Part shown: positions 48,340 to 61,093 of the stretch, piece by piece
How the letters are laid out: each line of letters begins with the position of its first letter
How positions within the stretch are numbered: position 1 is the stretch's first letter
DNA from: Octopus bimaculoides
Taxonomy: Eukaryota
Reading direction: 5' to 3'
Assembly: GCF_001194135.2 (NCBI RefSeq)
Contig: NC_068994.1
Location: 50,644,962-50,708,942, forward strand
Length of the DNA: 63,981 nucleotides
Position numbers and translations under genes: made by a program
Notes under the pieces: generated by a model
Told to the model about the DNA's origin: nothing
What the model saw: the letters and a program-made list of their open reading frames with translations, nothing else
The model's database searches: none

Positions 48340-49170
48340 CTAAAGGAAAACAAAGTAATTATGTATTCCACTTGGGTGAACTGTATGTAGATAAAGAATT
48401 GGTTGTTCTTTATGGTGCAAACAGGAGGTGGTTGATCCATGGTGTAAAATGACACCATAAACAGAGACATGCAAATAGGTATGGCCACAATAATTTAAAT
48501 GATAAGGAACAGATTGAAGGAATATAATGCTATGGTGAATATCTAAAAAAAAGAAAAATGCTCTCTGAAATAGTCTGCCAAGCTTTAACCTGTTTCTTCA
48601 ATATACAACAAGCCATAAAGTTTGATTTAATGCAATAAATGTTCTTAATAGTCCAGGTGAAATAGTTGGGAAAATGGAAAGAGAAGTTAGGTCTGTGTAA
48701 AGTGGTGATGTTTTGGCTGAAGGGTTAGGTGTTGCACTGGGAGTAAAATCTAGGAGCTGTGACAGTAGAAGAAAAAGGCTATAGAAGGATCAGAACATGG
48801 AATTTGTGGTTACATGTGAAGGAAAGATAGGGGTGTTTAGGGAAGATGTGGAATATGATGAGTTAAATTAGATGAGACAAAAGTGCCATTGGCCAGTGCA
48901 TTGGGCTAGTAAAGTGGCAGCATGATAGATACAGAAAGAAATGGGTAGTTGGCATTAGGTTAGATATTAAGTATGAAGGTAGAGGTGTGATCAACAATGT
49001 GGGTGAGACAATAGGTATGATGGCAGGTGTTACGGCAGGCAGCATCAGCAACTGGTTGGGGTTAACCACATTGTCTAAAACAGTGGATCATTTGATGCAG
49101 TTTAGTTAGTCACGGCTTATAGAGACAGCAGCATCAAAGAAGATAAGCAGTATGATTTAAGTGGGATGTG
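48340..49170 (-). pseudogene. Fossil Penelope-like element ORF C-terminus with a GIY-YIG endonuclease domain
   Basis: Minus strand, across frameshifts: CNT*PF..NITTLHRPNFSFHFPNYFTWTIKNIYCIK / GLLYIEETG*SLADYFREH (48614-48558) / QSVPYHLNYCGHTYLHVSVYGVILHHGSTTSCLHHKEQPILYLHTVHPSGIHNYFVFL*. This matches the PLE pattern FTC.S.NVIYCI.C..C.LLYIGET.R.L.DRF.EH...V..HFN...H...........EQ..I..L.T..P.G.N..F. Support is strongest for 48340-48760. Confidence 0.8.
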
Positions 49171-49254
49171 GTTAAACTGAAGTTGGAGTGGGAGTCTTTG
49201 GGCTTATAAAAGACAAAGGTTGAGAGATTGGAAAATTAAGAGAGATAGTGTGCC

Positions 49255-49450
49255 ACATTGAAAGTATTGGTGCTGGTGCCACATAAAAATCATCCAGTAC
49301 TCTCAGTAAAGTGGTTGGTGTTAGGAAGGGCATCCAGCTGTAGAAACCATGCCAGAACAATGGAGCTTGATACGGCTCTCGGCCTTGCTAGCTCCTATCA
49401 AACCAACCAACCCATACTAGCATGGAAGACAGATGTTAAATGATGTTATG
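49255..49450 (+). mobile_element. SINE family B
   Basis: gtggttggtgttaggaagggcatccagctgtagaaaccatgcc...ctagcatggaagacagatgttaaatgatg. Confidence 0.8.
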
Positions 49451-49563
49451 TGTATCTGTAAATGTATATATGTGTATATGTATGTATATATATATATGTG
49501 TGTGTGTGTATGTATGCGTTTGAGCATGTTGTATATGCATTTATTTATGCTCTGTGTGTGTGC

Positions 49564-49600
<37 letters not shown>

Positions 49601-50589
49601 TAAGAGAAAGAGAGATAGGACAAATAAATAAATGATAAAAGGAAGAAGCAAACGCCAACAAAGTGCAAAGCACCATAACAAAATAGAAAATTAGCTGTCA
49701 TATGAAGCAATCATTTGTAAAACTAACAGAGAGATTGCTAGTTGCCAAGGAGGTTCTGGAGATGAGGTTTTTCTCAAATATGAAATGTAATTTGATCAAT
49801 AGTCTTTTGAAATGGATATTTCTTTCCATAGATGTTGTTCTTCTATTCCTCTTATCTCCTTTATACCGTGTGACTCTCTTTCTCTGTCTCTCTCTCTCTC
49901 TCTTATGACTTTTTCTTCTTCTTCTTCTACCCACACCTCTCACATCCCACCCCTCTTCTCTCTCTCTTTTTTTTAATGTCTTTGTTTTTCTGTTATCTTT
50001 CTCTTGTTATTGTCTTCTTGTTGTTGCTGATTTCTCATTGTGCACACTTAATAATATGTTGGTTAGGTGAGATGAGAATAGAAGTAAATACTGAATGATG
50101 GTGGCAGTAGTAGTAGTAGCAGTAGTGTCGGTGGTGGTGGTGGTGGTGGTGTTTCATAGTTGAAGTACTACTGCAAGCTTGGTAAATATCTTTTTGTTCG
50201 GTAATGAGCTAGCTAGTGATATCCATTTAGTTACCCTGAAGCAATCTTTTAAAGCTTTGCAGAAACTGTCATCTGCTTTCATGTTTTTGTTTTTGTCATT
50301 GTTTTTGTTTTGTTTTTATAAAAAAAAAAGGAAGCTTTTGTTTGAAGTCATTTACTTTGATACTCTATCCATCTTTGGTTTCAATCACCTGGAACTAAGT
50401 AACCCCTCGACCTAAGCCACAAATAAAAGACAGGAATCTAGCTGCCACACTCCACCTACTTGGAAGGAAAGAACTTAATGGATGATATGATTCTAGATGT
50501 ATTATGCCTTGACAAAAGAGGGGATGGCCATGGCTGGAATACCTTTGATCATAAGGTTTGCTCTCATGTCAGCAATGGATCTCAAAACA

Positions 50590-50630
<41 letters not shown>

Positions 50631-50758
50631 AAAACCTAGATGGAGGAAACAGTATTTGACATGGAAAATAATCTGACATATAAAATTTTACTGAAACTAA
50701 AAATCTTTATGGACCCAAGTTTGTGAAGTTTTCCAACTTTAATAAAATTGTATATATA

Positions 50759-51305
50759 CAGGGTGTCCCAAAAGTCACTGATGGGTTTCAGTTTTTAATA
50801 ACTTCTTTAACTTTACAAATAAATACATGAAATTTGGATACAATATAAACGACATAATGGAAATTAATATGCACAAGTCAAATTTTGCAGCACCACTAAA
50901 TCACTTATGAAAAATGACATTGCTTAAATGGCAATCATTTTTGGCTTCACCCGTGATGTTTCCATAACTTGCACCATCACACTCTCAAAAGTTTCAGACC
51001 CCACTTCTCTGATTTCTCTATTGATGTTCTTCAGTCGCACCAGGCTCTCCGGTTTGTTAACGTAAACCCTCTCTTACAGGTATCCCGACAAGAAAAGAAT
51101 CTGGGGAACGTGAAGGCCATTCAAAGTAGACCTCACACATGGTTCCAGCAAGATTGGACAACTGCTCATACCGCAAGAGAAACAATGCTATTGCTCTGGC
51201 AGTGCTTTGGAGAGAGAAGAATCTCCCACTACGGCAATGTCAACTGGCCTTCACGTTCCCCAGACTTGACTAGCCCAGGTTTTTTCTTGTGGGGATGCCT
51301 GAGAT
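50759..51305. mobile_element. Tc1/mariner-superfamily transposon remnant with an internal inversion
   Basis: TA|cagggtgtcccaaaagt terminus. Minus 51118-50900 gives WPSRSPD..GYL.ERVYVNKPESL.RLKNI.REI..; plus 51135-51300 gives WFQQDWTTAHTARETMLLL...FGERRIS...VNWPSRSPDLTSPGFFLWG. Confidence 0.85.
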
Positions 51306-51309
51306 TAAG

Positions 51310-51472
51310 TCGATTACATCGACCCCAGTGCGTAACTGGTACTTAATTTATTGACCCGAAAGGGTGAAAAGCAAAGTTGACCTCAGCGGAATTTGAACTC
51401 AGAACGTAAAGACAGTTGAAATACCGCTAAGCATTTCACCCGGCGTGCTAACGATTCTGCTAGCTTGCCGCC
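51310..51472 (-). mobile_element. SINE family A
   Basis: Reverse complement is ggcggcaagctagcagaatcgttagcacgccgggtgaaatgcttagcggtatt...ctgagttcaaattccgctgaggtcaactttgc...aagtaccagttacgcactggggtcgatgtaatcg. Confidence 0.9.
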
Positions 51473-51972
51473 TTTGTTACCTACAGATATTCATTTATAA
51501 ATGCTCTAGCTAAGTATCAGTTGTACCAGAACTTGACAGTGTCAAAGATCCTGTGAAGATCATGGACATTGCATCTTAATCCTGACAAGGACATACAACA
51601 AAATGGTTCACAAAATCATTTCTTGTGTAAGCACAAAGCCAGTTCCTGAATTGGAGGGATGTAACCACTTGAATTACTGGTATGAAGCCATGTGGGATTT
51701 CTACTCAGAGATTAATACTCTATGACTTTTAGTTGTTTGACACTTTCTTCCCTGCCAACTTTTTGTCCCCCCTCAAATGTCTGTGTTGGGGAATTTAATG
51801 GTATGAATATTTAGATGTGGGGGTGAAGAATGTATAAATATTTACTAACAAACCTATTTTGAGATGTGAAGTTAGCCATTTAAGCAAGGATGTTTTTTTA
51901 TTATTATCATTATTTTTATTCACTTAACTTACCCTGATTTGTCTGTGTCATGTCTCAGCTCCATCCCACAGC

Positions 51973-52165
51973 TTAGAAATGACTCACTTTCCTCAGCACA
52001 TGAGCCGTTCCAAGTGTTGCTGCCATCTGAATACTTCCTAAGAAGTTTGGTATTTGCAGCTTTTGGTGCCAGAATATTACTCTCTTTGAGATGGTCTCAA
52101 GTGCACTGATCACAATAGGTATCACACTCACTTTTTAGGCTCAATGTATTCTTTTCACTTCGTTA
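51973..52165 (-). pseudogene. C-terminal remnant of an RLE-type (R4/Dong-like) non-LTR retrotransposon
   Basis: Minus strand: VIPIVISALETISKRVIFWHQKLQIPNFLGSIQMAATLGTAHVLRKVSHF*, matching VIPVVIGALG.......L..LGI......IQK.ALLGTA.ILRKVL. Confidence 0.7.
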
Positions 52166-52180
52166 TTATTATTATTATTA

Positions 52181-52365
52181 GGGCAGTGAGCTGGCAGAGT
52201 CATTATCACACTGGACGAAATGCTTAGCGGTATTTCACCCATCGGTACGTTCTGAGTTCAAATTCCGCCTAGGTTGACTTTACCTTTCATCTTTTCGTGG
52301 TCAATACATTAAGTATCAGTGAAACACTGGGGTCAATGTAATCGTCTAGTCCCCTCCTGCACAAT
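52181..52365 (+). mobile_element. SINE family A
   Basis: gagctggcagagtcatt...gaaatgcttagcggtatttc...ctgagttcaaattccgcc...actggggtcaatgtaatcg. Confidence 0.85.
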
Positions 52366-53098
52366 CTGGAAGAGAAGGATATTATGCAACTGTTAGCTAC
52401 GGGTGTCTACTACCTACTAAGCATTTCGCATGCTCAGTCAGATGCTTCCTGGCAAGTTCATATCCAAACAAGCAGGACAGGTTTTGCATTGCAAAAACAC
52501 AACCAGATGTTTACTTGGGTTAAACGCTACTTTCAACAGACACTTACGGTTCTCAGCTAAGAAATGAATTTCTCTCAGATTACTTAAAAGAAAAAAAAGC
52601 TTTTTGTTTTACTTTGAATTATTAACAAAAGGATTTTGAAAAATTTCAGAATTTTTAAAGGTCATATATGTACACATTGTTTTTCTTTTTTCTTTCTAGT
52701 AAGCCTTTGGCAAGTTGACTCTACATCATAGATTCAATTTCTGGCTTTGACAGCTATGTCTATGAGTTTAATTTCAGTTTGCAACTATCTGGCTGCAATT
52801 TTTATTTCTTTTGTGCACCACCTTAAGCAAATGCTTTTTGCTGTAGCTTCAGGTTTTGAAATGCACTGTGAGTGAAATATGGCTGATAGTGACCATGTGG
52901 AATTTTGTGTGGGTTTGATATATATGTAGTAAATACAGGCGTGGACTTGAGGTTATGAAATTTGCTGTGCAACCGTGTGGTTTTGTGTTTGGCCTCCTTG
53001 CATGGCACCTTCAGCAAATGTCTTCAACTATGGTCATGGACCAACCAGTGCTTTGTGAGCATAGTTGACTTGTTGGACAGAAGCTGTACAACAACCCT

Positions 53099-53129
<31 letters not shown>

Positions 53130-53699
53130 AGTATGTTGATTCAGTTCACTTACTGCTTGTGCTGGCATCAGTTGTAAACATTTAATAACTGTCTGAGCAA
53201 AATATGATGATATTGTTTAGATTCTCCTGTAAACAAATGTCCCATAGTTGAATGGATATGTTTGGTTCCAGTGAAATGAAAATATCCTGCTTGTAATACC
53301 TGTTGGGAGGGGTGGCTTGCAACCGAAAAAGTACCTGCTTGAAATTTCACCTAGCCGATAAAAAAAAAAATGCAGCATGATGCAGTTGAGTCATTCATGT
53401 AACATAATTATTTTTTATATAAGCACAAGACCAGAACTGTCCGTTATATTGACCATGGTGCTTAACTTGTACTTTATTTTATCATTCCCAGAAGGATGAA
53501 TAGTGAAGTGCATTACAGCAAGATTTAAGCACTCTAAATGAAAATATATCATTATATTAATGTCTACTCTCTGTTTTATAATTCCAACCATTTTACACTA
53601 TGTTCTTCACATGATGTGTACCAACACTGCTTGACAAGATAAGGAGACACATTGAAGTAAAGTTTGGAAACCTTTGCATTAGAGAGAGAGAAAAAACTT

Positions 53700-53880
53700 T
53701 GTAGGGTATTGCTGTAGAGCTAAGCTAGAACTCATTAGTGATGCACTCCCATGGACACACTGACATGGATATACACAGATCAGCCACCCAGCAAAGACCA
53801 TTGTCAACCATCCTTGTACAGACACAGAATGTTGCCTTACTGACCTCCTGAATGGTGTGATCCTGTCAGGGCAACTCTGA
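53700..53880 (+). pseudogene. RTE/RTEX-type LINE 3' end
   Basis: GYCCRAKLELISDALPWTH*HGYTQISHPAKTIVNHPCTDTECCLTDL, matching GHCWRSK.ELISDVLLW.P.HG....GRPA.TYI.QL..DTGC...DL. Confidence 0.7.
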
Positions 53881-54949
53881 GTTAACTCAACCAGATGCTG
53901 TAACTTACTTTTATTTTTGTTCTCTCTGTCTCTTGCTCTCTTTTTTTCTCCTCAATAAAAAAAGAAGGAAAAAATAAAGATATAAAGCATTAATGGTTAT
54001 ATGTGGTGTCCTCTTGCAGACAGTATAAGGGAGACAATCATTTCTTAATAATATTTGGTGGGAATAGAAGTTTGAATTTGAAATATAATATTGCTTTGCT
54101 TGGATAAAATGTAACATTTTTTTGTTTTTATTTTCTGCCAAACATACTGCTATCAGCTCTCTCTTCTCCTTGGATTTCATTCATCTTCACATCACTTTAT
54201 TGTCGTTCAGAATATAACTAAATACTTCAAAAACGGTTTTTTTGTATATGTCTTGGTTTTATTGGGAGGATTTTCTTTTTTTATTTAATTAATCAAAATT
54301 CCTTAACATATATGGTGTTGGCTCAAATACAAACAGAAAAAGAAGGAAGCAATCAATCTTAATCTAATTTTTTTTTTAACCATCTTAAAAAAAAAAAATA
54401 TCCTTGCTTCTTTCTTATTTTCACTCTAATGTTTATTTTCCAATATATATATTTTTTGTTTTACCCCTTATATTTTATTTTATTTTTTCNNNNNNNNNNN
54501 NNNNNNNNNNNNNNNNNNNNNNNNNNNNNNNNNNNNNNNNNNNNNNNNNNNNNNNNNNNNNNNNNNNNNNNNNNNNNNNNNNNNNNNNNNNNNNNNNNNN
54601 NNNNNNNNNNNNNNNNNNNNNNNNNNNNNNNNNNNNNNNNNNNNNNNNNNNNNNNNCATGTAAGCTTTCATTTGGAAACCTTCCAAAATTCTGCTTAACA
54701 CTTGTGGTGGTTTGAGTTCTATATCTTATTACTGCTGTCTGTGTTTGTCAGTTGGTATGTAGTCTTATTTAAAAAAAAAAAAATTTCCTTTATATTTTTT
54801 TTCATTCTTCTTTGGAGGAAGAAAAGGAATTAACTTTTTACACTTTGTGATTGACTAAGTTGGTCAAACACTACCTGAAGAATTATGAGTTTTCTGTCTT
54901 GTCTGCACTATGCATGCGCGCACACACACATACACACACTGTGGTTACA

Positions 54950-55200
54950 TACATCATCATCATCATCATCATCATTTATTTTAATATCTACTTTTCCATG
55001 TTTGCATGGGTTGAATGGAGTTTTGTTGAGGTAGAATTTTCCACAGATGGATGCCTTTCCTGTTAACCAACCCTCACCTATTCCCAAGTAAGGTAATATT
55101 TTCCCCACAACCAGATGTGTTTTCAGGAAAGATGAACAAAGGGCTCTGCTTGCAAAACAGTAACATTTGTTTTTGCTGTTACATGATGTAAAGGCAAAGA
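54950..55200 (-). mobile_element. SINE family B variant (also at 24800-24920, 39705-39900 and 62060-62290)
   Basis: (cat)n...ttttccatgtttgcatgggttgaatggagttttgttgagg...ggatgcctttcctgttaaccaaccctcacc. Confidence 0.7.
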
Positions 55201-55209
55201 GGCAGTAAT

Positions 55210-55240
<31 letters not shown>

Positions 55241-56129
55241 TATATATATATGTATATACCAAATTCATTTACAAGCCATTAGTCAGCCCAGGGCTATAGT
55301 AGAAGACACTCATTCAAACACTTTCTTTCAATCTCCATTGTTATTGTCTTTATCACTGTCAAGTCAGTTTTATTTTCATTTTTATTGTCCGTTTTTCAGT
55401 CTTCATCTTCATTATCTACATCCTTCTTCTTCTACATTCCTATGAACCTCACATTACTTCGATAATGAAAGCCATCATGGCCGTCTTTAAACCATTTCGA
55501 TGTCACAACACAGATTGTACGTATGTACACGTATGTACGCAACCCCACTCCCTCAGCCCAAAAGATAAAATAACTAACAAATAAACAAGCAAATAACAGC
55601 ACTGGCATTTTTGTATGCTAGTCTCACACGATATACATCCATCCATACATACAATAGTGTATGATTTTCGTATAGAAATAAATATGAACAATATCTCACC
55701 AATATCAAATTTATATGTCTTCGTACTCTATCAATTCAATTACATTTATTTATTGTTTTTGCTTGTTGGTTTTTTTTTGTTTTTATTCCTTTCTTTTTCC
55801 TTCCAAGTCATTTTATTTTTTGCTGTTGTTGCAGCAAGCTTATATTTTTTTCATAAATATATAATATATATATATTATTATTATTATTGTTGTTATTTTT
55901 CTGGAGTGGTTTGTCACAAAAGAATGAAGAGAAATCTGTTGAATTCGAGTCTTTTTTCTGTTTTCACTATTTAGTTTTATGTTTCCGGTTCTCTGTTAGA
56001 AATCATTTAAGTACTGATGTGTTACTTGCCAGAATTAGCAAAGATTCTTTTGGTTGATGTGTGTATGCTTGTGGTTTATAGTTTGATTGTCTACATTTAT
56101 CCTCAATTCATGATAATTCTTCAATCAAT

Positions 56130-56170
<41 letters not shown>

Positions 56171-56479
56171 CACACATATATATGTGTTTGTCTGCGTGTA
56201 AGCTTTCAATGCACCATTCTTTTGAGAGGTGGTTAGAAACATTATTATCATTCTGATAACACCCTAACTGTGTTTTAATTTTAATGTCAAAATTTGGATG
56301 GTTGAGCTCTTTGAATTATAAGATTCTCTAATGGAAGGGATGTTAGTTTGAAAAACACGACATTCCCAGTAATTTATGCTAATCTTTGCTTTGTAAAAAT
56401 GTAGTTTTCATTTAGATGTTATCTTTGTTGCTTTCTGATGCAGGCTTAAGTGCGAGTGTGTATGCGCACGTGCGCATTT

Positions 56480-56682
56480 TACCTTGTTCAGTCGTTTCGC
56501 CTGCATCCATGCTGGGACACCACCTTCTACAGTTTTCAGTCAAACAAATTGACTGTAGTACTTGATTTTTCTGTTTAGGCCTGGCTGTTATTCTGTCAGT
56601 CCCTTTCTGCCAAACCTCTAAGTTATGGAGATGTAAATAAACCGACACCGGTTGCCAAGCAGAGACAAACACAAAGGCACAA

Positions 56683-56724
<42 letters not shown>

Positions 56725-57080
56725 GCATGTACCCTTTACTCTTGTCTTATCAAATACATGAGGACCTCTCTGTTGCTGGTACCATGACAGAATATACCCA
56801 ATGTACACTTAAAAGTGGTTGATAATAGAAAGAGCATCCAGCTATTGAAAGCAAGCCAAATATGAAACATGAGTGAGATATATACATATCAAGATCATCA
56901 TCATTTAACATCCCTTTTCCATGCTGGCATGGGTTGGACGGCTTGACAGGAACTGGCAAGACCAGAGGCCAAACACTGGATTTCTCTTTTGGCTTAGTTT
57001 CTACAGCTGGATGCCCTTCCTTATGCCAACCGCTTTACAGAGTGCACAGGGTGCCTTTTACATGGCACCATCACGAGTGT
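56480..57080. mobile_element. SINE cluster: C (-, 56480-56700), B fragment (+, 56760-56870), B (-, 56895-57080)
   Basis: Diagnostic C and B motifs as above. Confidence 0.7.
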
Positions 57081-57425
57081 TTTTTATACAGTATACATAT
57101 CAAGATACTTTCTGTATATACATGTGTATGTGTGTACATGCATGTATAATTAGACGTTTTTGTGCAGTGTACAGATATATGTATTGGTGTCAATATATAA
57201 CTGTGTGAAGGGACTCATAGTTTTATATACCCTCATATGCTTGCCAGTATATACCTGTATAAATATACACTTACAATTTTCTATACTTATACACATGTAC
57301 ATATATAGATATATATGTACAAGAGTAACATTTGTCCCATCCAGGACTGCCTCATTATGTTGGCAAATAGTCTTTACTTTAAAGTACTGTTACTGAATAT
57401 CTCATTGAAAGATTTAGAAATAATT

Positions 57426-57459
<34 letters not shown>

Positions 57460-57734
57460 ATCTACAAAATCCAATGTAGTAGAGACACATGCAATTGAAT
57501 ATATACATTTACCTATATGTGTACATATGCACACACACACACACACACACTTATATATTGTGTTTGATATTAAATATATATGACGATAGTGATGAGGCTG
57601 CTCGAATCTTTTGATATCTTTTGTAGAACAGCAATAGAGCTTTCAGTTTTCAGCCAGTCGTGAGGCTTCCTCCGATTGATGATGGTTCCATCCGTGGTTG
57701 TGTTGAGGAAAAACGGCAGCTTAAAAGAACTATT

Positions 57735-58070
57735 TTGGCTTCATGTCAATCAGCAGCATCATCAACATCATTATCGCCATCACCATCATCATCATCACCA
57801 TCGTTGTTGTCATCACCATCAACAACAACATCACTGATATTGCTTCATCAGTACCACCACCACCACCACCACCACCACCACATATATCACTTTCATTACT
57901 ATCGTCATCGTCGTCGTCATTAGTTTCATTACCACCATTTTCATCATCACCATCGTTATCTCTGTTTCCACCTCCATCACCACCACCACCATCATCATCA
58001 TCACCTATCATTACCATTACCATTCATCATTACGGCAATAACCACCATCATCAGTATCATAGCCATTACC

Positions 58071-58102
<32 letters not shown>

Positions 58103-58477
58103 CAACAGCAATAACAACAACATTATTGTCATTTTTGTCACTGATTTGTTACATCGTCCATTCAGGGCAACAGCTGTGTGTAGTAAGATGCGTGTGTGTG
58201 TGTGTGTGTGTGTATGAAAAGGTGTTATTGGCCAGAAAATGTATCTTTATTGTGAACTAACCATCATTTTCTTCAAAACCACCACCACCACCACCACCAT
58301 CGTTACCTTCTCATTCCATATATCAGTAACTCCATTGTCATCACCATCATTTTCCTGGTTTTCTTCAGCAACATCTTCAGTTCATCACTATCACTATCAT
58401 CACCACCACTGTCAGCAGCAGCAGCGTTTGTTGTTGTTGTTGTTCTTGTTTTCGGTTTAGTTCAGGTAGAGCATCAG

Positions 58478-58521
<44 letters not shown>

Positions 58522-59165
58522 GTATCTGGATGTATGTGTGTGTTTGAATATGTGTTGCATGCGCTTGTGTGTGTGTGTGTGTGTGTGTGTGTGCATGTGT
58601 ATCTGGATGTATGTGTGTTGCATTCGCTCGTGTGTGTGTGTATGTGTGAGGATGTGTATTTGAGTATGTGTGTGTATGTATTTGCATGTTTGAATATGAG
58701 TGCGTGAGTATATATTTGTGTGTGTGTGTGTGTGTATGAGCATGTGTATTTATGCTTGTGTATGTATGTGTGTGTGTGTGTTTGTGTGTGTGTTTGAATA
58801 TGTGAGTGTATGCATTCAAGTATTTGTGCATGAGTATGCACTTGTGTGTATATATGTGCGTGTGTGTGTCTGAGGGTATGCATGTGTTTGAGTACATTAG
58901 TATTTATGCATGACTATACATTTGTGTGTGTGTGTGCATGTATGTATATGTGTATGTATATAAATCTGAGTACTTGTATGTGTTTGAGTATGTGAACATG
59001 TATCTATGTACCTGTGCGAGTGAGTGTGTGGGTTGGTGGTGGTGGTGGTGGTGGTGGTGGTGGTGGTGACGGTGGNNNNNNNNNNGGTGGTGGTGGTGGT
59101 GGTGGTGGTGGTGGTGGTGGTGACGGTGGTGGTGGTGGTGGTGACGGTGGTGGTGGTGGTGTTCT
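57735..59165. repeat. Long low-complexity block: (CAT/CAC/CAA)n, then degenerate (TG)n, then (GGT)n
   Basis: Directly visible; source of the poly-His, poly-Pro and HTHT ORFs. Confidence 0.9.
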
Positions 59166-59388
59166 AAATGTGTCATAAGTCTTTTCCAATGTGAAACAAT
59201 AAGGTTTCCTATACATTCTGATACAGAACGACTGAGACGTGTGGCTATGTCACTCTCTGGCTGAGTTTCTTTAATTCCCTGGAGTTTTCTAAAAGTTGTT
59301 CAAGTATTTGTCATTAGCTTCCTGGTAAATAAATACAATGAAATTCTAAGGTTTTCTGTCAGTGTTTGTATGAGTGCATACATCCAAA

Positions 59389-59428
<40 letters not shown>

Positions 59429-59574
59429 ACAGCACAAAGCTACAAAAGTGCTTATTACACCCTTGTGTCAAAAGTAAGTCTTTATATATTTGATAAATAT
59501 ATCATTTGTAAGGGAAACAGAATTATATATTCAAGCCAAGGCTTTCCTCAATCGGTCTTAAAGTCAACTGTTCA

Positions 59575-59900
59575 TATCATGAATGAATGAATGAATGAAT
59601 TCCAATATTTTAAATCTGGGTTTGTCCCCGTTAATGGGGCTGGCCGGCTGGATCTATCTTACTCTTATAGCAGCCACTCTCACACCATCTCGCCTGGGTT
59701 TGGGCATCCTCCCTTCTCAAGCCAACCCTCCTAAATTCCTCCTCCACCTGTCCTCTCCGTGTTTTCTTTGGTCGACCTTGCTTTTGTGGTTCATTCACCT
59801 TAAACTCAAGCACTCTCCTCAGAACATGGTCCTCATCCCTCCTCAACACACGTCCATACCAGCGCACTCCATTCGCCCTTCACAGCTGTTCCACTGATTC
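59575..59900 (-). pseudogene. RTE-clade LINE 3' end with an (ATTC)n tail
   Basis: ORF 59631-59867: RWYGRVLRRDEDHVLRRVLEFKVNEPQKQGRPKKT...QVEEE.RRVGLRREDA, the typical RTE C-terminus. The tail is seen as gaatgaatgaatgaat at about 59580-59600. Confidence 0.85.
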
Positions 59901-60359
59901 CTCCAACATCCCCATCAAGTCCTCAGCCCTCCTTTTATCAATGAACTGAAAAATGATTAGATTTGTGTTGCGATGACTGAGACATTAAGCTTCTCAAGTC
60001 TTCCCTGTGCACTCTGCATGTTAATTGACCCAGGGCAAATGCAAGATCTGTCCAACCCTTGTCCGCATGGAAGGTGGACGTTAAATGATGATGATATGTA
60101 TAGATATATATTTATATACATATGCACACACACATACACACCCACATATACACTCCTCAGTTTTTATTAGTTGAGTGGTTGGTGATAGGAAAGATGTTTT
60201 AAGATAAATAACGCAAAGACAAAAATACTTGCCCTGAGAATTCAACTAAGAATTCGCTCTATCTAAATTAGTAGAAGAATCCCACACATACAGTCAGGTA
60301 ATAATAGAAATAAAAAAAAAGTCTTATTTCAAAGCAGAATACAAGGAATTTGTTTCACT

Positions 60360-60369
60360 CATTTATGTG

Positions 60370-60400
<31 letters not shown>

Positions 60401-60461
60401 CTGTATATATGTGTGTGTATATATGTGTATATATATACACACACACATATACGTACATATA

Positions 60462-60508
<47 letters not shown>

Positions 60509-60512
60509 ACAC

Positions 60513-60545
<33 letters not shown>

Positions 60546-60568
60546 CACACACATACACNNNNNNNNNN

Positions 60569-60627
<59 letters not shown>

Positions 60628-60665
60628 CATACACACGTACATGTATATATATATATACACACACT
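60360..60665. repeat. (TA/TG/CA)n compound microsatellite
   Basis: Directly visible. Confidence 0.9.
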
Positions 60666-61062
60666 CTCAGTTTTTATTGGTAATGTGAAAGATGTTTAAA
60701 GACAAAAAAGAAAAATGTCCATAAAAAGTAATATTAATCAGGACATTGTTCTGTCACAACTTCCAATTTAATTGTCATTCACTGAAGGAGATTTATATGA
60801 GGTTTTTTTTTTCCTTTACGCTAATGTTTTTTTCCCTTTTTTTATTCAATCATCTATCCTTCATTTATCAGTTGGAATGTTTCTTTTTGTGTGATCTGTC
60901 ATAAAATTTCGTTGCATCCTGAAAACAAAACTGCATCTGATCATAAAACAGCAACACCAACAGCAAAAAACAGAAACAAAACATATCTTTCACTGGAAAA
61001 CAAAAAGAAAAAGAAGTAGGAAAATAGTAACCCTAATTATACTTCAAAAATAGTCAGTTTTA

Positions 61063-61093
<31 letters not shown>

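Noticed and set aside
57585-57735. CpG-containing unique segment with gtgatga (C-box-like) and a ~50-codon minus-strand open frame
   Set aside because: No D box or terminal stem for a snoRNA, and the peptide is not recognisable.
59030-59165. (GGT)n tract (possible G-quadruplex), and similarly the (CT)n tract near 43070-43165 (possible triplex)
   Set aside because: Ordinary microsatellites in a genome full of them; nothing locus-specific.
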